Below, piece after piece: positions 10,030 through 23,800 of a DNA stretch of 45,698 bases. This stretch comes from Mobula birostris (taxonomy: Eukaryota), in contig NW_027276046.1 of NCBI RefSeq assembly GCF_030028105.1, positions 1-45,698 of the forward strand. Direction: 5' to 3'. The stretch's first letter is position 1. Every line of letters begins with the position of its first letter. A program made the position numbers and the translations under genes. The notes under the pieces were generated by a model. That model was not told the DNA's origin, ran no database searches, and saw only the letters and a list, made by a program, of their open reading frames with translations.

Positions 10030-10665
10030 TCCTCGTGGCCACCTATTTCAATTTGACTTTCCATTCCCATTCTGTCATGTCTGTCCATGGGCTCCTCTAC
10101 TGCCATGGTGAGGCCAAAGTCAGGTTGGAGTAGCAACACCTCATATTCCATCCAGGTACCTGCCAAACTGATTCCATGAATACTTATTTTTTAACTTCCA
10201 GTAATGATCCCCCACTCCTTTATTCTCCCTTTTATTCTATTCCTCATACTAGATACACCCTCATCCCTTCGTTTCTCCTCACCTTCCCATCATTTCCATT
10301 TGGTTCCCCTTCTCCTGCACTTCCCTCCATGGTCCACTGTCCTCTCAGATTCCTTCTGTTTCAGCCATTTATCTCTTCCACTTATGCCCTACCAGCTTCT
10401 TACTTCATACTGCCTCCCCCATCCACACACTTTCCCCCTCACCTGGTCTCACCTCTCATCTGACAGAATGTATTCCTCTCTACTCCTCCCACCTTCTTAT
10501 TCTGGCTTCTGCCCACTTCCTTTCCTGTACCAGTGAAATCTCTCAGCCCAAAATATCGACTGTTTATTTCCATCCATAGATGCTGCCTGACTTGCCGAGT
10601 TCCTCCAGCACTTTGTGTGTGTTGTTCAAGATTTCCAGCATCTGTAGAATCTCCTGTGTTTCTGG
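10030..10665 (+). mobile_element. Penelope-like element 3' remnant (GIY-YIG C-terminus plus pyrimidine-rich UTR)
   Basis: Degenerate coding resembling the ...RLEEQHLIF...NF* end of the Penelope endonuclease, followed by a CT-rich tract and the GATGCTGCCTGACTTGCCGAGTTCCTCCAGCA...AGATTTCCAGCATCTG tail I recall as common in batoid genomes. Confidence 0.7.
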
Positions 10666-12607
10666 TTGTCCATACACTCATTCATTTGTGTACATTGTTG
10701 CTTCAGTGTGACTCAGATCCCAATTCCAGTTTCTTTGGCCAGATTCCCTGTTGTCTAACTCCAGTCAGCAAGAACTGGAACCTGTTTTTCACCCAATGGC
10801 TGTGAGGCATGAGGTGATGAAGGTGAACGGGGCTGAAATTCTAAATTGACTCTGTCAAAGGACGGATGACCCTTTGATAATGTTGGGCACAAGACAAATC
10901 GGTGAGACAAGACACAGGGGTCTAACCAGTCTCCTGTCCAATCTGTTATGCTTTGTGTTTAAATCCTGGATCAGACAAATTGCTAAAGTTACATTGGTCC
11001 ACGTGCCGGACACTGAATTCAGTCCAAGAGGGCAACTCAGTGATCCCAAGGAATATCAGAAAGGAGAATGTTTTGTTAGAATTACTCAAGCAATGACAGA
11101 ATTCTATACTTCTTGTGGAATAACACCAGCATTCAGCAATAAAGGGAACATTTCCAAGTGACTGCTGAACATCAAGACAGTGCTGATATGGGACATAACT
11201 GAGAAACCTGCAAAAAACATGTTTAACAACATCACAGTGCTGATTAAACTGCGATTCACAATTCAGTGACTCTTCAGTGTACACCTAGGTTTGCATATTT
11301 ATGATATTACACGACAACAATGATCATCTGGACCACACCAACGGACTTTCTGTTTTAAAAGAAAATTGCTCATAATCTTACTGAAATGAGAAAGGTTAAG
11401 AAATACACATCATACCTTGTCGGATGATCCGACCCAGTCAGACTGGAACCGTGTGTGTTGCGTCTGCTCTTTCTTCAGACAAAGACAGTGACTCATAGTC
11501 TCATTGAAGGTCTCAGCCATGACACAAACACAATCCGCCTCCACACTAAATGTCAAAGAGCAAAAACACCCCACGGGCCTGAAGGTGACCGAGTGTGTAA
11601 ATGGTGAACACAAAGTGCAGAGAGCTGCAATGTAAGTGAACTGACGATCGTGCATTGGGAGACGACCTCAACAACTTCACTTGAGTGCAATCACACAAAA
11701 CTGACTCTAACCAGAGTACAGGTGACCCAACACTTGATCAAAGAGCTGTTTTATTCATTTATCATTTCCCATCGATCACTGATCTCTCTGGAACTGAGGG
11801 ACTTGCTGCCTCCTTCCTGATGGTGATTCAGCTCCAGCCGTGTTGCTGGAATCACAAACCAGCCAGACCAGACGAGGCTTCTCTCCGGAAGTTACCACAG
11901 AGAATAACACTACAAATACCTCTGTAGTCTTCTTTTATTCCAAGAAGCATTGATGAAATGAATATAAACTTCCATCCACCGGGTTGGGATTTGAACCCCT
12001 GTTGCCAGTTCATCAGTCCCTAATTTATGGATACACTCTGACCACAGCTGCTCATTTCAAGTGAGACAGAGACTTCAGTGTTTGTCAGCAAGAATGCTAA
12101 AACCACAGGCACCAGCAGAAGTAGTGCAGGTGTATGAGTGAGCAGAGTTGAAAGAATACGATGTTGTCTGAAGCTTGTGTGGGTGGTGAAGGTTGCAGAG
12201 ATGAGGAGAGGCACAGCCACAGTGAGACTGGAATGTCGGGATGTGAAGTTATTAAACTGAGTGAATCCCAGGCTCAGCTCAGATGGAGAAAGGAATTCTC
12301 ATTGATTCACAGTGTTCATTGTTACTAATCAATGGCACTGAGTCTCCAAGCAAAGAATATACTGAGCTGTGTCTCTGCTGAGAAATCTGCATGCTTCTCT
12401 GTCTCACAGAGCTCCGTCTCACAGTGAACCGATTGGTACAGTTATTAGAAAGGGATTCGAAATTTAGTTAGCACATCTTTTGTTCTGATTTTCTCTTCTT
12501 AATCAAAGCTAACAGGATTATGAGACACATGATTTAGCCCTGGACCTAACACAACCAATGGAAATATCTCCAGTAAGATTCTGAGCATTTCCATTTCTAA
12601 CCCACAG

Positions 12608-12910
12608 AATTGTCTGTATTTATTCAAAATCCCGACATTGAAGAGATGTGGATCGACAAGTCTGCTTCCGTGAGGTGCACAGTTATCTGTACAGATCCCG
12701 AAGACATCCACGTCTCTTGGCACGTGGGCGGGAAGGAGAAAACTAAAGGAATTCACACCCATCAAGCGGAGAGGGACGGGTCCCGATACAGAGTGCTCAG
12801 CGAACTCCAGATCAGTGTGGAGGAGTGGTTCAGTGGGGTGGAGTATGAGTGCTCTGCTCAGGAATCTCCTTCAGCTTCCCCAGTGTCAGCACGGACCAAT
12901 AGCACCAAAG
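12608..12910 (+). CDS. IgW: IgW CH3 exon
   Basis: Acceptor cccacAG at 12606-12607; 303-nt open frame ELSVFIQNPDIEEMWIDKSASVRCTVIC...VSWHV...SVEEWFSGVEYECSA...RTNSTK; donor G|GTGGGC. Confidence 0.92.
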
Positions 12911-12998
12911 GTGGGCAAGAGACCAGTGATTAAATGGCCAGCATTAGTTACCTGAGTCAAAATGTTTGACATTTCCTTTGTTTTCTTTTCTATTCCAG

Positions 12999-13316
12999 TT
13001 GAGATAAGAAGTCCCAAGGTCAGACTGCTGCCTCCAGCTCAGGAAGAGATAAAGAATTGGAAAACAGCCACACTGGAGTGTGTGGTCTCTGGATTCTACC
13101 CGGATCAAATAAATGTCACCTGGGAGAAAGGCAGCACCGTGATCACCTCCAACACCAGCGCGACACCGACCGCTCTGGAGCAGGGGTGGACTTTCAGTGC
13201 CGGACACTTCCTGACCGTGAGTTTACAGGAGTGGAAGACAGAATCAGTCTTCAGCTGTACAGTGACTCATCCTCCCTCCAACAGCAGTATCAAGAAGCAA
13301 GTGAAGAACGTCCAAG
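12999..13316 (+). CDS. IgW: IgW CH4 exon
   Basis: Follows an 88-nt intron; acceptor tattccAG; 318-nt open frame VEIRSPKVRLLPP...TLECVVSGFYPDQINVTWEKG...EWKTESVFSCTVTHPPSN...KNVQ; donor G|GTAGGG. Confidence 0.92.
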
Positions 13317-13429
13317 GTAGGGTCCTGGGACTCAACCCATTATTGAAATTGTTTACATTGTGCAATGAATTCAAGGTCAGCACTGAATCACGGTGCAGTC
13401 CTGGTTTAGTTTTGTGAGTGAACTGATAA

Positions 13430-13870
13430 AGTTGAAAGTACAAAGCACATTTATTATCAAAGTATGTGCACCATATACAACTTTGAGATTCTCTTCTTGC
13501 AGACAGTCACAAAACAAAGAAATACAATAGAATTCAGGGTCAAACATCCAATGCGTGAAAGAGAAAGAACAAATTGTGCAAACAATAAAAAAAATCCAAA
13601 CAAACAATCTACAGAACCTGAACCGCAGAGCCCCCTGAAGTAAATCCACAGCCACGTTGCCAGTTCAGCACTGCAGCCGGTCCAGGAGACCGATGGCTGC
13701 AGGCCACGGCCGTGGAGCCAGGCTCAGTGCTGAGGTGAGTGCCGATGGCTGCAGGCCGCAGCTGCAGAGTCAGGTCAGTGCTGAGGCGAGTGAAGCCTCG
13801 TCGAGAAGTGAGCCGAATACCGGTTTGTCCATTGACTCAGCCTCAATGCCTTCATCTTTTTAATCACTCT
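13430..13870. repeat. Interspersed repeat, class unresolved (related to 22570-23190)
   Basis: Shares the ...ATTATCAAAG...ATACAACTT...CAGA.AG.CAC.AAACAA.AAA motif with 22575-22670 and contains a short internal duplication (CCGATGGCTGCAGGCC...CAGTGCTGAGG twice). Confidence 0.5.
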
Positions 13871-14665
13871 TAGCACTTAAAACGGCCAATCATGGGTTTG
13901 TTTTCCACTCTCAACCAACATAATCCACACTTCCACCACAGAAATAAGAGTATCCCAGAAAATACTTTCATAACTGGAGGAGAATCCCGACCATTTCACT
14001 GGACAGGCACTCTGGAAATCGCTGATACGCGGCTTCAAAATGTTCTCTCCATCTGCCTTTGAACATTATCCCATGCCTCCAATCAGTGTCTCAGTTGTGA
14101 CTGAATTTCCAGCAGAGCAGCTCTCCCTCTGCTCCTGTGTGGGAATAGTCAGCCTGGACAATGTGTAGAAGCCTCTGGAGGGCAGCTTGAACACACAACG
14201 TTCTGACAAAGCAGCAGCAAATTTTCGTTACACCTTATAGAGAAAAAGAGTGTATTTTAATATTTGTGACAGAAACTAAATATTTCTCATAAATTTTGAA
14301 ATATGAAGTGTATTTTCTGGAAGATTTTCATGTGAAACTTTGCTCTGTTTCCTGTGCCACCGACACACTCTGAAATACTGGGGATTTTCTGTATTTGTTT
14401 TAATAAGTATCTGGGAACAGTTTAAGTGACTATGAAACTGCAAAAACAATGTAAGGGCCAATCTTGTTCATTTACGTTCCCTCATGGTGTTTACCCTGTC
14501 TGCTCAAAAGGGGAGATTCCTTTCTTCACCAATGTAGATTGGTCTCATCTCGTCTTGATGGGACTGGCAAATCGTTGACCAGAGATGAACAGAAATGCTG
14601 GTCTTGTCAGTGAGAAATTCGTCCATTGGGGAATGGTAAAATAATAATTGTGACATTTCTCCCAG

Positions 14666-14986
14666 ATGACTGTCCAGACACCCGCCCCTCTGTCACTTTA
14701 AGCAAACCTTCCTTCGAAGAGGTCTGGACAAAGAGGACAGCGACTATTCTGTGTGAGGTGGTTCACAGTGATTTACAGGGATTCAGTGTAATCTGGCAGG
14801 TGGACGGAAGGAAGAGGGAAGATGGGGTGAGGATTCTGGGTCCAGACAGCAACGGAGGTGAAGACATGATCACCAGCAGACTGACAGTCCCTGCTGCAGA
14901 GTGGAACAGTGGGGCTGAGTACTCATGTGTGATAGAGGACAAGAGTTTGCCAACACCAGTGAAGAAATCCATCAGGAAGAACTCAG
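14666..14986 (+). CDS. IgW: IgW CH5 exon
   Basis: Acceptor tttctcccAG; 321-nt open frame DDCPDTRPSVTLSKPSFEEVWTKRTATILCEVVH...VIWQVDG...SRLTVPAAEWNSGAEYSCVIEDKSLPTPVKKSIRKNS; donor G|GTACGT. Confidence 0.92.
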
Positions 14987-15639
14987 GTACGTGCAGACAG
15001 AATTCAGTGTGAGTCTGATCTTAGCAACTGGACAGATTTATCAACATCCAGCACTGTGATAGACTATAGAAAATGAGAACAGGAGCAGGTAACTGGGTCT
15101 CTCAATCTGCTCAACCATTCAATCTGGTCTCAGCTGATCATCCAAATTCAATCCCTTTCCCTGTTTTCTCCAGGTATCCTTTGACCCATTCACCCGAAGA
15201 AGTATATTCAACCCATTCTTGAATATATTAGATGATGTCTTCAAGTGCTTTCTGTGGGAAAGAGTTCCACAGGTTCTCACTCCCTCTCACAGGTACACAG
15301 CTTAGACTGCCACCCCTGCTCCAGGGGAGATGGAACAAACAGCACAGGATAATGCAAGTCCAGGGGCTGAGTTCCACTTTCTGTCGAGTTGCTGTGTTCA
15401 GTGACTCCCGTTGATTAAATTGAATAAACTAACCTCGCTGGAAGCTGTAAAATGCAGCAGGTTCAAGATTTCCACTCCACAAATCCCAACGACGAGCTGA
15501 AAGGGAAAAGCCTTTAGTTTCAGATAAAGTGAAACCTCTCAGATTTAGAAATTGTTCATGTTGATGCAAGACCAGAATGTGTTGGATACGTAGGGAATTA
15601 TTGTAAGATTCATTCTAACTGAGATTCTCTCTGTTCCAG

Positions 15640-16025
15640 GTGGTGTTGTGACTCGTCCTCATGTCTACCTCCTTCCCCCTTCATCGGATGAGGTAGTCAC
15701 CGATCAGACTGTGACCTTGATGTGCCTGGTCACCAAGTTCTCTCCCACTGAGATCTATGTGGCCTGGATGGTCAATGACACCCTTCTGAAGACAGGGTTT
15801 GTGAATCAGCCAGTGACCAAGGACCCCAGAAATGGCTGGAACACAATGACCAGTCAGCTGAAGGTTTCTCCTGAGGAGTGGAATAGTGGCACCACTTTCT
15901 CCTGTGTGGTGGGTCATGAGTCGCTCCCAACCAACCTGTTCCGAAGCATCAATAAATCTCACAGCAAACCCACCCTGGTCAATGTCTCACTCATTCTGAC
16001 TGATAGTTTTAAATCTTGTGTGTAA
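15640..16025 (+). CDS. IgW: IgW CH6 exon with long-form secretory tailpiece
   Basis: Acceptor ctgttccAG; GGVVTRPHVYLLPPSSDE...TLMCLVTKFSPTEIYVAWMVND...EEWNSGTTFSCVVGHESLP...SINKSHSKPTLVNVSLILTDSFKSCV-stop. The tailpiece has the N-V-S sequon and penultimate Cys. Confidence 0.94.
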
Positions 16026-16280
16026 TACTGTGTGATTCAATCCATGAAACCCCAGTTTTGTTAGTTTTATGATTATTAATTATAACAGAGGATTATTTAG
16101 CTGATTAAAACATGTTTAAAATCTAGACCTTTTAAAATAATTAAGAATGAAATTATGATCAAGAACCAAATTAAGGAACAAACATGATTCACCTCAAATC
16201 CCTGAGTTTGTACGTACATCCTAAGACCTTCTTCTGCCATGATTGAATGGATTTCAACCCTGTGTGGGACTGCACAATGT

Positions 16281-16325
16281 AATAAATCTTTGTTTGTGTC
16301 AATGTACCGATCCAAGTTCAATAAA
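16281..16325 (+). terminator. Candidate poly(A) signals for long secretory IgW
   Basis: AATAAA at 16281-16286 and 16320-16325, downstream of the tailpiece stop. Confidence 0.6.
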
Positions 16326-16679
16326 TATGATTTGAAAATGTTCTAGCTGTGATTTTTGGAGACGGGAAACAAGGAACCTTCAACATGTGGTGTGGTAGGT
16401 GGCGCACATTCGGGGAGAAATAGGTGTCTTTGTATCTATGGTGTCTAAACCCTTCCTGCATCATGAGTCCCAGTGATCAGCTGTCAACTAATGGTCAGAG
16501 AAATTAGAACCTACGGCCATCTGACGAAGAGTTCAGAGTTGAAACCACTGACCAAATGTCATATCAGTGTTGAAGATGTCGGATCACTGTATGAGGGTTC
16601 CTTGTTCCCACTAACCTCGCTGCTCCTCACCTGGTCATTGTTGGGAACTGTTCTGTTGCAACTTCGCAGTTAAACGTCT

Positions 16680-19240
16680 GTCTGTCAGGGCAGATGGTTT
16701 GCATCTGCAGTGAAGTGGGACTAATATCCTTACGGAAAGGTTTGCTTGTGCTGCATGGCGGGGGTGGGGGATGCAACTTGAGTTGCAGGGTATGAGAACC
16801 AGAGAGTCAGGACAGATAGTGGAGAGGTTGTGGAGACAGATGTCAGGAATTAAACAGTTGAGCATGGTGTGAGTAATGTTCTGAGTTGCGTATATTTCAA
16901 AGCAAGTATTATTGTAGGAAAGGCAAATGAGCTCATGTCATAGATCAACATATGGAATTTGATACTGTAGACATTAGTGAGACTTGGCTGCAGGAGAGGC
17001 AGGAATGGCAGTTCAGTATTCCAGGGTTCCATTGTTTTAGACACATCAGTGCAGGAGGGATAGCGTTGCTCGTCAGGGAAATTGTCACAGCAGTGATCAG
17101 TCAGGAGAGACTGGAGAACTTCTCTAGTTAGGCTTTATGGGTGGAAATGAGGAATAAGAAAGGTATGACCTTGTTCATGGGGCCATATTGTAGACGACCC
17201 AGCAGTCTGCAGGATTTAGAGCTACAAATTTGTAGGGAGATCACAGACTGCTGCAAAAAACATAAGGTTGTGATTGTGTGTTATTTCAACTTTCCACATA
17301 TTGACTTGAACTCCCATTCTATAAAAGGGATGGATCTCGTGAAATGTACACAGGAAAGTTTCCTTAATCATTACGGAGAGGTCCCAACAAGACGGTGTGG
17401 AATACTTCATGCCTTTTTAAGGAATGAGACAGAGCAGCTGACAGAAGATAGTGTAAGGGAACACTTTGCATCTACTGATCAAAATGCAATTAGTTTCAAA
17501 ATAAATATGGAAAAAGATGAATCTGGTTCACAGGTTCAGATGCTAAAGTGGAGAAAGGCCAATTTTGATGGTATCAGAAAGGATCTGGCAAGTGTGAGCT
17601 GGGACAGGCTGTTTTCTGGCAAAGGCGTACTTGGTAAGTGGGAAACCTTCAAATATGAAATTTTGAGAGCACATTGCTGTATGTGCCTGTCAGATTAAAA
17701 GGCAACAATGACAGATTCAGGGAGCCTTGGTCTTCAAGAGATCTTGAGGCCCTGATTAAGAAGGAAAAGGAAGTCTCAGCAGGGTCAGGCAGGTAGGAAC
17801 AAATGAAGTACTTATGGGGTATAGGAAATGCAAGAAAACACCTAAGAAAGAAATAAGAAGGGATAAAAGAATGGATGAGGTTGCCCTAGCAGGCAAAGTG
17901 AAGGAGAATCCTTTAGGATTCTACAGATATGTCAAGATAAGGTAGTAATTTCGAATGGATATTGGCTTTGTGGGAGAAGCCACAGATGGTAGTAGATAGT
18001 TGCTTATCTGACTGGAGGCCTGTGACTAATGGAGTTTCGCAGGGCTTGGTGCTGGGTCCATTGTTGTTTGTCATCTGAATCAATGATCTAGATGAAAATA
18101 TAGTTAACTGGATCAGCAAATTTGTAATTAACTCCAAGACTGGGAGGTGGAGTAGACAGCAAGGAAGACTATCACAGCTTGCAGTGGGATCTTGACCAGA
18201 TGGTAAAATGGCAGATGGAATTTAATGCAGGCAAGCGTGAGGTTTTGCACTTTGGTAGGACCAACCAGGGTAGGTCTTACACAGTGAACGATAGGACACT
18301 GAGGATTGCAGTACAACAAAGGTTCATAACTCATTGAAAATGGGGGCACAGGTAGATAGCATCATAAAGAAAACTTTTGGCACATTGGTCTTCATAAATC
18401 AAAGTTCTGAGTACAGGAGATGGGAAGTTATCTTTAAGTTGTATCAGACATTCGTGAGGCCTAATTTGGGAGTACAGTGTGCAGTCACTAACCTACAGGA
18501 AAGATGTAAATAAGATTGAAAGAGTACAGAGAAAGTTTAAAAGGATTCTACCAGGACTGGAGAAACTGTGTCAAAAGGAAAGATTACATAGGTTAGGACT
18601 TTATTTCCTGGAACGTAGAAGATTGAGGGGAGATTTGATGGAGGTATACAAAATTATCAAGGATATAGATAGGGTAAATGCAAGCAGGCTTTTTCCACTG
18701 AGGTTGGGAGGAACGCCAACTAGAGATCATGGGTTAAGGGTGAAAGGTGAAATGTTGAAGAGGAACATGAGGTAAACTTCTTCACTCAGAGATTTATGAG
18801 AGTGTGGAATGAGCTCCCAGAGCAAGTGGTGCTTGCAAGCTCGATTTCAATGTTTCAGAGAAGTTTGGATGGTTACATGGATGGGAGGGGTATGGAGGGC
18901 GATGGTCTGGGTGCAAGTCAATGGGACTTGGCAGTTTAAATGGCTCAGCAATGACTAGATGGGCTGAAAGGCCTGTCTCTGGGCTGTACTTCTTTATGAC
19001 TCAATGGGCAGAAAAATGTCAGATGGAATTTAAGTGAGATGTGTTGCAATTGGCCTTCACAAATCTAGGTATTGTGTACAGGAGATTGGATGTAATGTTG
19101 AAGTTGTATAAGACATTCCTGAGGCTAAATTTGGAGTGTAGGTACATGAATGGGAGGGGTATGAATGACTATGGTCTAGGTGAAATTCAATGGGACTAGG
19201 CAGTTTAAATACTAGATGGGCCAAAGGGCCTGTCTCTGTA
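16680..19240 (+). mobile_element. Degenerate CR1 LINE (ORF1 end, endonuclease and RT fragments, 3' ends)
   Basis: Fragmentary ORFs 17141-17698 (endonuclease region, ...YFNFPHID...STDQNAISFKI) and 18479-18775 (ERVQRKFKRILPGLEKL...RRRLRGDLMEVYKII, the CR1 ORF2 C-terminus); many stops and frameshifts; a second 3' stub at 19000-19240. Confidence 0.85.
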
Positions 19241-19859
19241 ACTGAAGTGACTGTCAGACAGTGACCGAGGCCAGACTGTCAGTGTCTGCATTGCTTGCAG
19301 TTGAGAAGAATCCAGGATTTCTGGACTCAAACATTTCAGATACAAAAGGGGCACAAGAGGGTTGATGTTGAGAGATTGTCACCCATCAGAGAGTCACAAG
19401 CAAGGGGACATAGTTACGAAATAAGGAGCCAGACATTTGAAACTGAGGTGCAGAGAAATTTCTTCTCTCAGAGGGAACGAATCCCCAGAAATCTCAGCCC
19501 AGAGCATGGAATCTGGTGGTCTACTCTTTCTCCTGTTTTCTTTTCTTCTTGTGAGTTCAGTGGAGACAGAGACAGAGAGAATTGCAAGAAGAGACAAAGG
19601 ATGAGATCAGAACTATGCAAATAAAAAAACTGTGTGGATGTTTGAAGAGAGAAGGCAGAGGACAATCTGAGTGGCTAAAGCAGAGACAGACAGACCTAGA
19701 AAGAGACATAGGGAGGTCTTCAAAGGAATCATTGGTGTCGGTGCCCTTTGAACAGGACCTCAACCTCAGTGTGTCTCAACAAAATCACCCTTACTCTATG
19801 CAGGACACAGAACACGTTACGTGATCCACGACATGCCTAACATTTTGCGGAACTCCAAA

Positions 19860-20480
19860 AGACCTTAAGACCATAAGACATAGCAGCAGAATTAGGCCAT
19901 CTGGCTCATTAAGTCTGCTCCATCATTCAATCATGGCTGATCATTTTTTTTCTCCTCTTCAACCCTAGCTCTTGTCCTTCTCCCCGTAACCTTTGACGCC
20001 ATGTCCAATTAAGAACTTTCCAATCTCTGCCTTAAATACACCTAACAATTTGGCCTCCACAGCTGCATGTGGCAACAAAGTCAACAAATTCACCACACTT
20101 CGACTAAAGAAGTTTTTCCACATCTCTGTTTTGAAAGGGCGCCCCTCTATCCTGAGGCTGGGGTGCCCTCTTGTCCTAGACTTTCCCACCATGGGGAAAC
20201 ATCCTTTCCACATCTACTCTGTCTAGGCCTTTCAACATTCGAAAGGTTTCAATGAGATCCCCCCTCATCCTTCTGAAATGCAGTGAGAACAGACCCAGAG
20301 CCATCAAACGTTCCTAGTATGATAACCCTTTCATTCTTGGAATCATCCTTGTGAACCTCCACTAGACCCTCTCCAATTCCAGCACATCTTTGCTAAGATG
20401 AGGGGCCCAAAACTGTTCACAATACTCAAGGTGAGGCCTCACTAGTGCCTTATAAAGCCTCAGCATCACATTCTTGCTCT
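19860..20480 (-). mobile_element. CR1 LINE 3' fragment
   Basis: Minus-strand peptide ...SRTRGHPSLRIEGRPFKTEMWKNFFSRSVVNLL...VFKAEIGKFLIGHGVKGYGEK; closely similar to 44870-45490. Confidence 0.85.
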
Positions 20481-20859
20481 TGTATTCTTGTACTCCTCAC
20501 ACACAGTTTGTGCTCAAGCGACTGGAACCCTGACACCAGTTCTGATTCAGTGTAAAGTGTTTTGTATTTCTCACTTGAGTCAAACACAGCAGCTTTATTG
20601 TTGGGTCAGAGATTAGACGTTATTTCCCGATGGTGACTGAGAACACATGTTCCTCCCAGGTCATCCCAATGAGAGGATTAGTGTGTGTAAGTGTCAGTGT
20701 TACCAATCAAAGATGAATAGAGGAAATACAAAAAGGTATCATTGTGAGTATTCCACAATGCTGGTATGTTTAGAGAGACAGTATTTCATAAGTACAGACG
20801 TGAGGTGTGGTTGGTGATTTTGAGTCCATGGTGACCAACCTCTTCGACCAGAATCAGAA

Positions 20860-23800
20860 TTAGCTTTAATATCACTGTCATTTGTCATTAAATTTGGTGT
20901 TTTGCTGCAGCAGTACATTGAAATACTTAATAATAAAAAGCAATAAATTCCTATATGAAGTAAATATAAAAAATAAATTAAATAAGTAGTGCAAAACGAA
21001 GAAAAAATGGTGAGGTAATGTTCATGGCTTCATTGTCCATTTAGGAGGGGAGAAAGCTGTTCCTCAAATGTTGAGTGTGTCTTCAGGCTCTTGTGCCTCC
21101 TGCTTGAAAGTGGCAATGAGAAGGGGGCAGGTCCTTGGTGGTGGGAGACCTTAATGACGAATGCTGCCTTCTCAAGCCATCGCCTGTTGAAGGTGTCATT
21201 GATACTGGGGAAGTTGGTGTCCATGATGGAGCTGGCTGAGTTTACAACTTCCTGCAGCTTTTCCTGATGGTAATGCAATCAGAATACTCTCCATGGTACA
21301 TCTATAGAAATCTGCGATAGTCTTTAGCAACATACCCAGACTACTCAAATTCCAATTAAAATATAGCCACTGCCATGCCTTCTTTGTTATTGCATCAATA
21401 AGTTGGACCCAGGATAGATGTTCGGAAATATTGACACCCAGGAACTTGAAACTGCTCACCCTTTCCACTGCTGATCCCACAATGAAGACTGACGTGTGTT
21501 CCCACAACCTACCCTTCCTGAAGTCTGCAATCAATTGCTTCATCTCACTGACATTGAATGCAAGGATACTATTGTGATACCATTTACCCAGCTGCTCTAT
21601 CCTGCTCTTGTATGCCTCCTCATCACCCTGAAATTCTGCCCACAATAGTTCATCAGCAAGTTTATAAACGCCACTTGAGTTCTACCTAGTCGCACAGTTG
21701 TGGGTGCAGAGAGAGTAGAGCAGTGGGCTAAGCACACATCCTTGAGGTGCTCCAGTGTTGATTGTCAGTGAGGAGGAGATGCTCATTCAGATCCACACTG
21801 ACTGTGGTCTCCCAGTGAGGATGTCAAGGATCCAGTTGTGGAGAGAGGTCTGGAGGCCCAGGTTTTGGAGTTTGTTGATTTGAACTGAGGTTATGATTGT
21901 GTTGAACACTGAGCTGTAATCAGTAAACAACATCCTGATGTTCAGCAGGTATTGTTATTGTCCAGGTGATCCAAGGCCGAGTGGAGAGCCAGTCAGATTC
22001 CATCTGCTGTAGACCTATTGTGGCAACAGGTAAATTGCAGGGGTCCAGGTCCTTGCTTAAGCAGGAGTTGATTCTGGCCGTGACCAACCTCTCAAAGCAT
22101 TTCCTCACAGTAGATGTGGGTGCAACTGAGCGATAGTCATTGAGACAGCTCACCCTGCTCTTCTTGGGCGCTGGTATGATTCTCACTCTTTTGAAACAGA
22201 TGGGAACCTCTGACTGCAGCAGTGAGATATTGAAGATGTTCCTGAACACTCCCACCAGTTGGTTGCACAGGTTTTCAATTCCGTACCAGGCACAGCATCA
22301 GGGCCTGATTCAGTGTGAGGATTCACCCTCTTGAAAGCTGCTCTGACGTTGGCATCCGAGACAGAGATGACAGGGTCACCAGACACTGCAGGGATTCACC
22401 CACATGTAGTTTCATTCTCCCTTTCAAAGTGTGCTTAAATGGTGTTCAGCTCATCTGGGAATGAAGCATCACTGCCATTCATGTTGTTAGGTTTCACCTT
22501 GTAGGAAGTAATGGCCTGAAAAGTCTGCCAGAGCTGAAGGGTATCTGATTCCTTCACTAAGTTCAATTGGAATTGTACAAAGGTTCATTATTATCAAAGC
22601 CTGTATCCACATACAACTTAAAATTTGTGTTCTCCAGATAGCCACGAAAACAAGAAAGAACATGAAAGTCGTTCAGAGAGAAACATGAAACTCACCCCAT
22701 CCCCCCACTGACAAAAATGGCATCCCAATCATCAATCCCCCCCCGATACCCCCCTTCACAAAACAGAACAGTAACACCGACCCCACAAAACAACCCCTCC
22801 CCCACACAAAAAGCTAACAGAACACCGACCCCCAAACACCCTCCCGTCACACTACAAAACAGAAAAGGAACGGGCGATAAAAAACACAGAATATAAGTCT
22901 GAAAATGTCCACAGTCCATAAACACAACAGTCGAATCCACAAATACAGAACCACAATACCATCTCCGATATCACCGACATTCATTGAAAGACAGGAGAGG
23001 GACACCACACGAGGCAGAGAGGCCGACCCGCCTGTCACAGCAAGACACAAAGCAAAAGGCCGCTCACAGAATCCATCTCCAGCAGTGATCAAAAGACAGG
23101 CATCGGCGCCAAAACGTTCACTCGCTTAATGAATGCTTTAAATGGCGAAATGGAGTCAATCGTCGGCTCGCACCCTGTCTTGAAGTTTCATTGCATCGAG
23201 GTGATCTGAGTACATGCTCAGAATCTTCTCAGAGTCAGCAAGGTACTGGATCACTGAAACAATCTCCAATCAAAATCGCAGTCTCTAACTCTAACAGTCC
23301 CAGAAACATATTTAAGGAGAAAAACAGACATAAAAGACCAAAAAAGGATATCTTCATGAGCAATCTGGAAGAGGTTGACCGAGCGAGGATTGCATTCTGG
23401 CATCATCTTGACCAAGATGAGTTTATTCACTCTTAAAATAGCCTTCCGCAGGTCGTACCTGGGCTTCTTGTCTAATGCTAGATCACCAGCCTGGACTGCC
23501 ATAAATCGAGCCCTCAGCAGACTACAAATCTCCTGGTCCATCCACAGCTTTTGCTTTGGGTATGTCCGGTATGTTCTTGAAGGCACACACTTATCCACAC
23601 AGGGTTTGACAAAGTTGGTGACAACTGTGGCATATTCATTCCGATTTGAAGATAAGTCTCTGAATACACTGGACAACAAAGATCTTGCTTCCTGAATACC
23701 TTTAGCTGTATCTTTTGAATTTTGGGCTACCGATCATGAAAATCATCATGAAATTTCCCTATCACGCACCATTTTTTGAAGTCACTTATGTTTATTATTT

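Noticed and set aside
11479-11631. AG/GT-bounded 153-nt candidate exon between the secretory exon and CH3
   Set aside because: It has multiple stop codons in the phase-1 frame and no Ig motifs.
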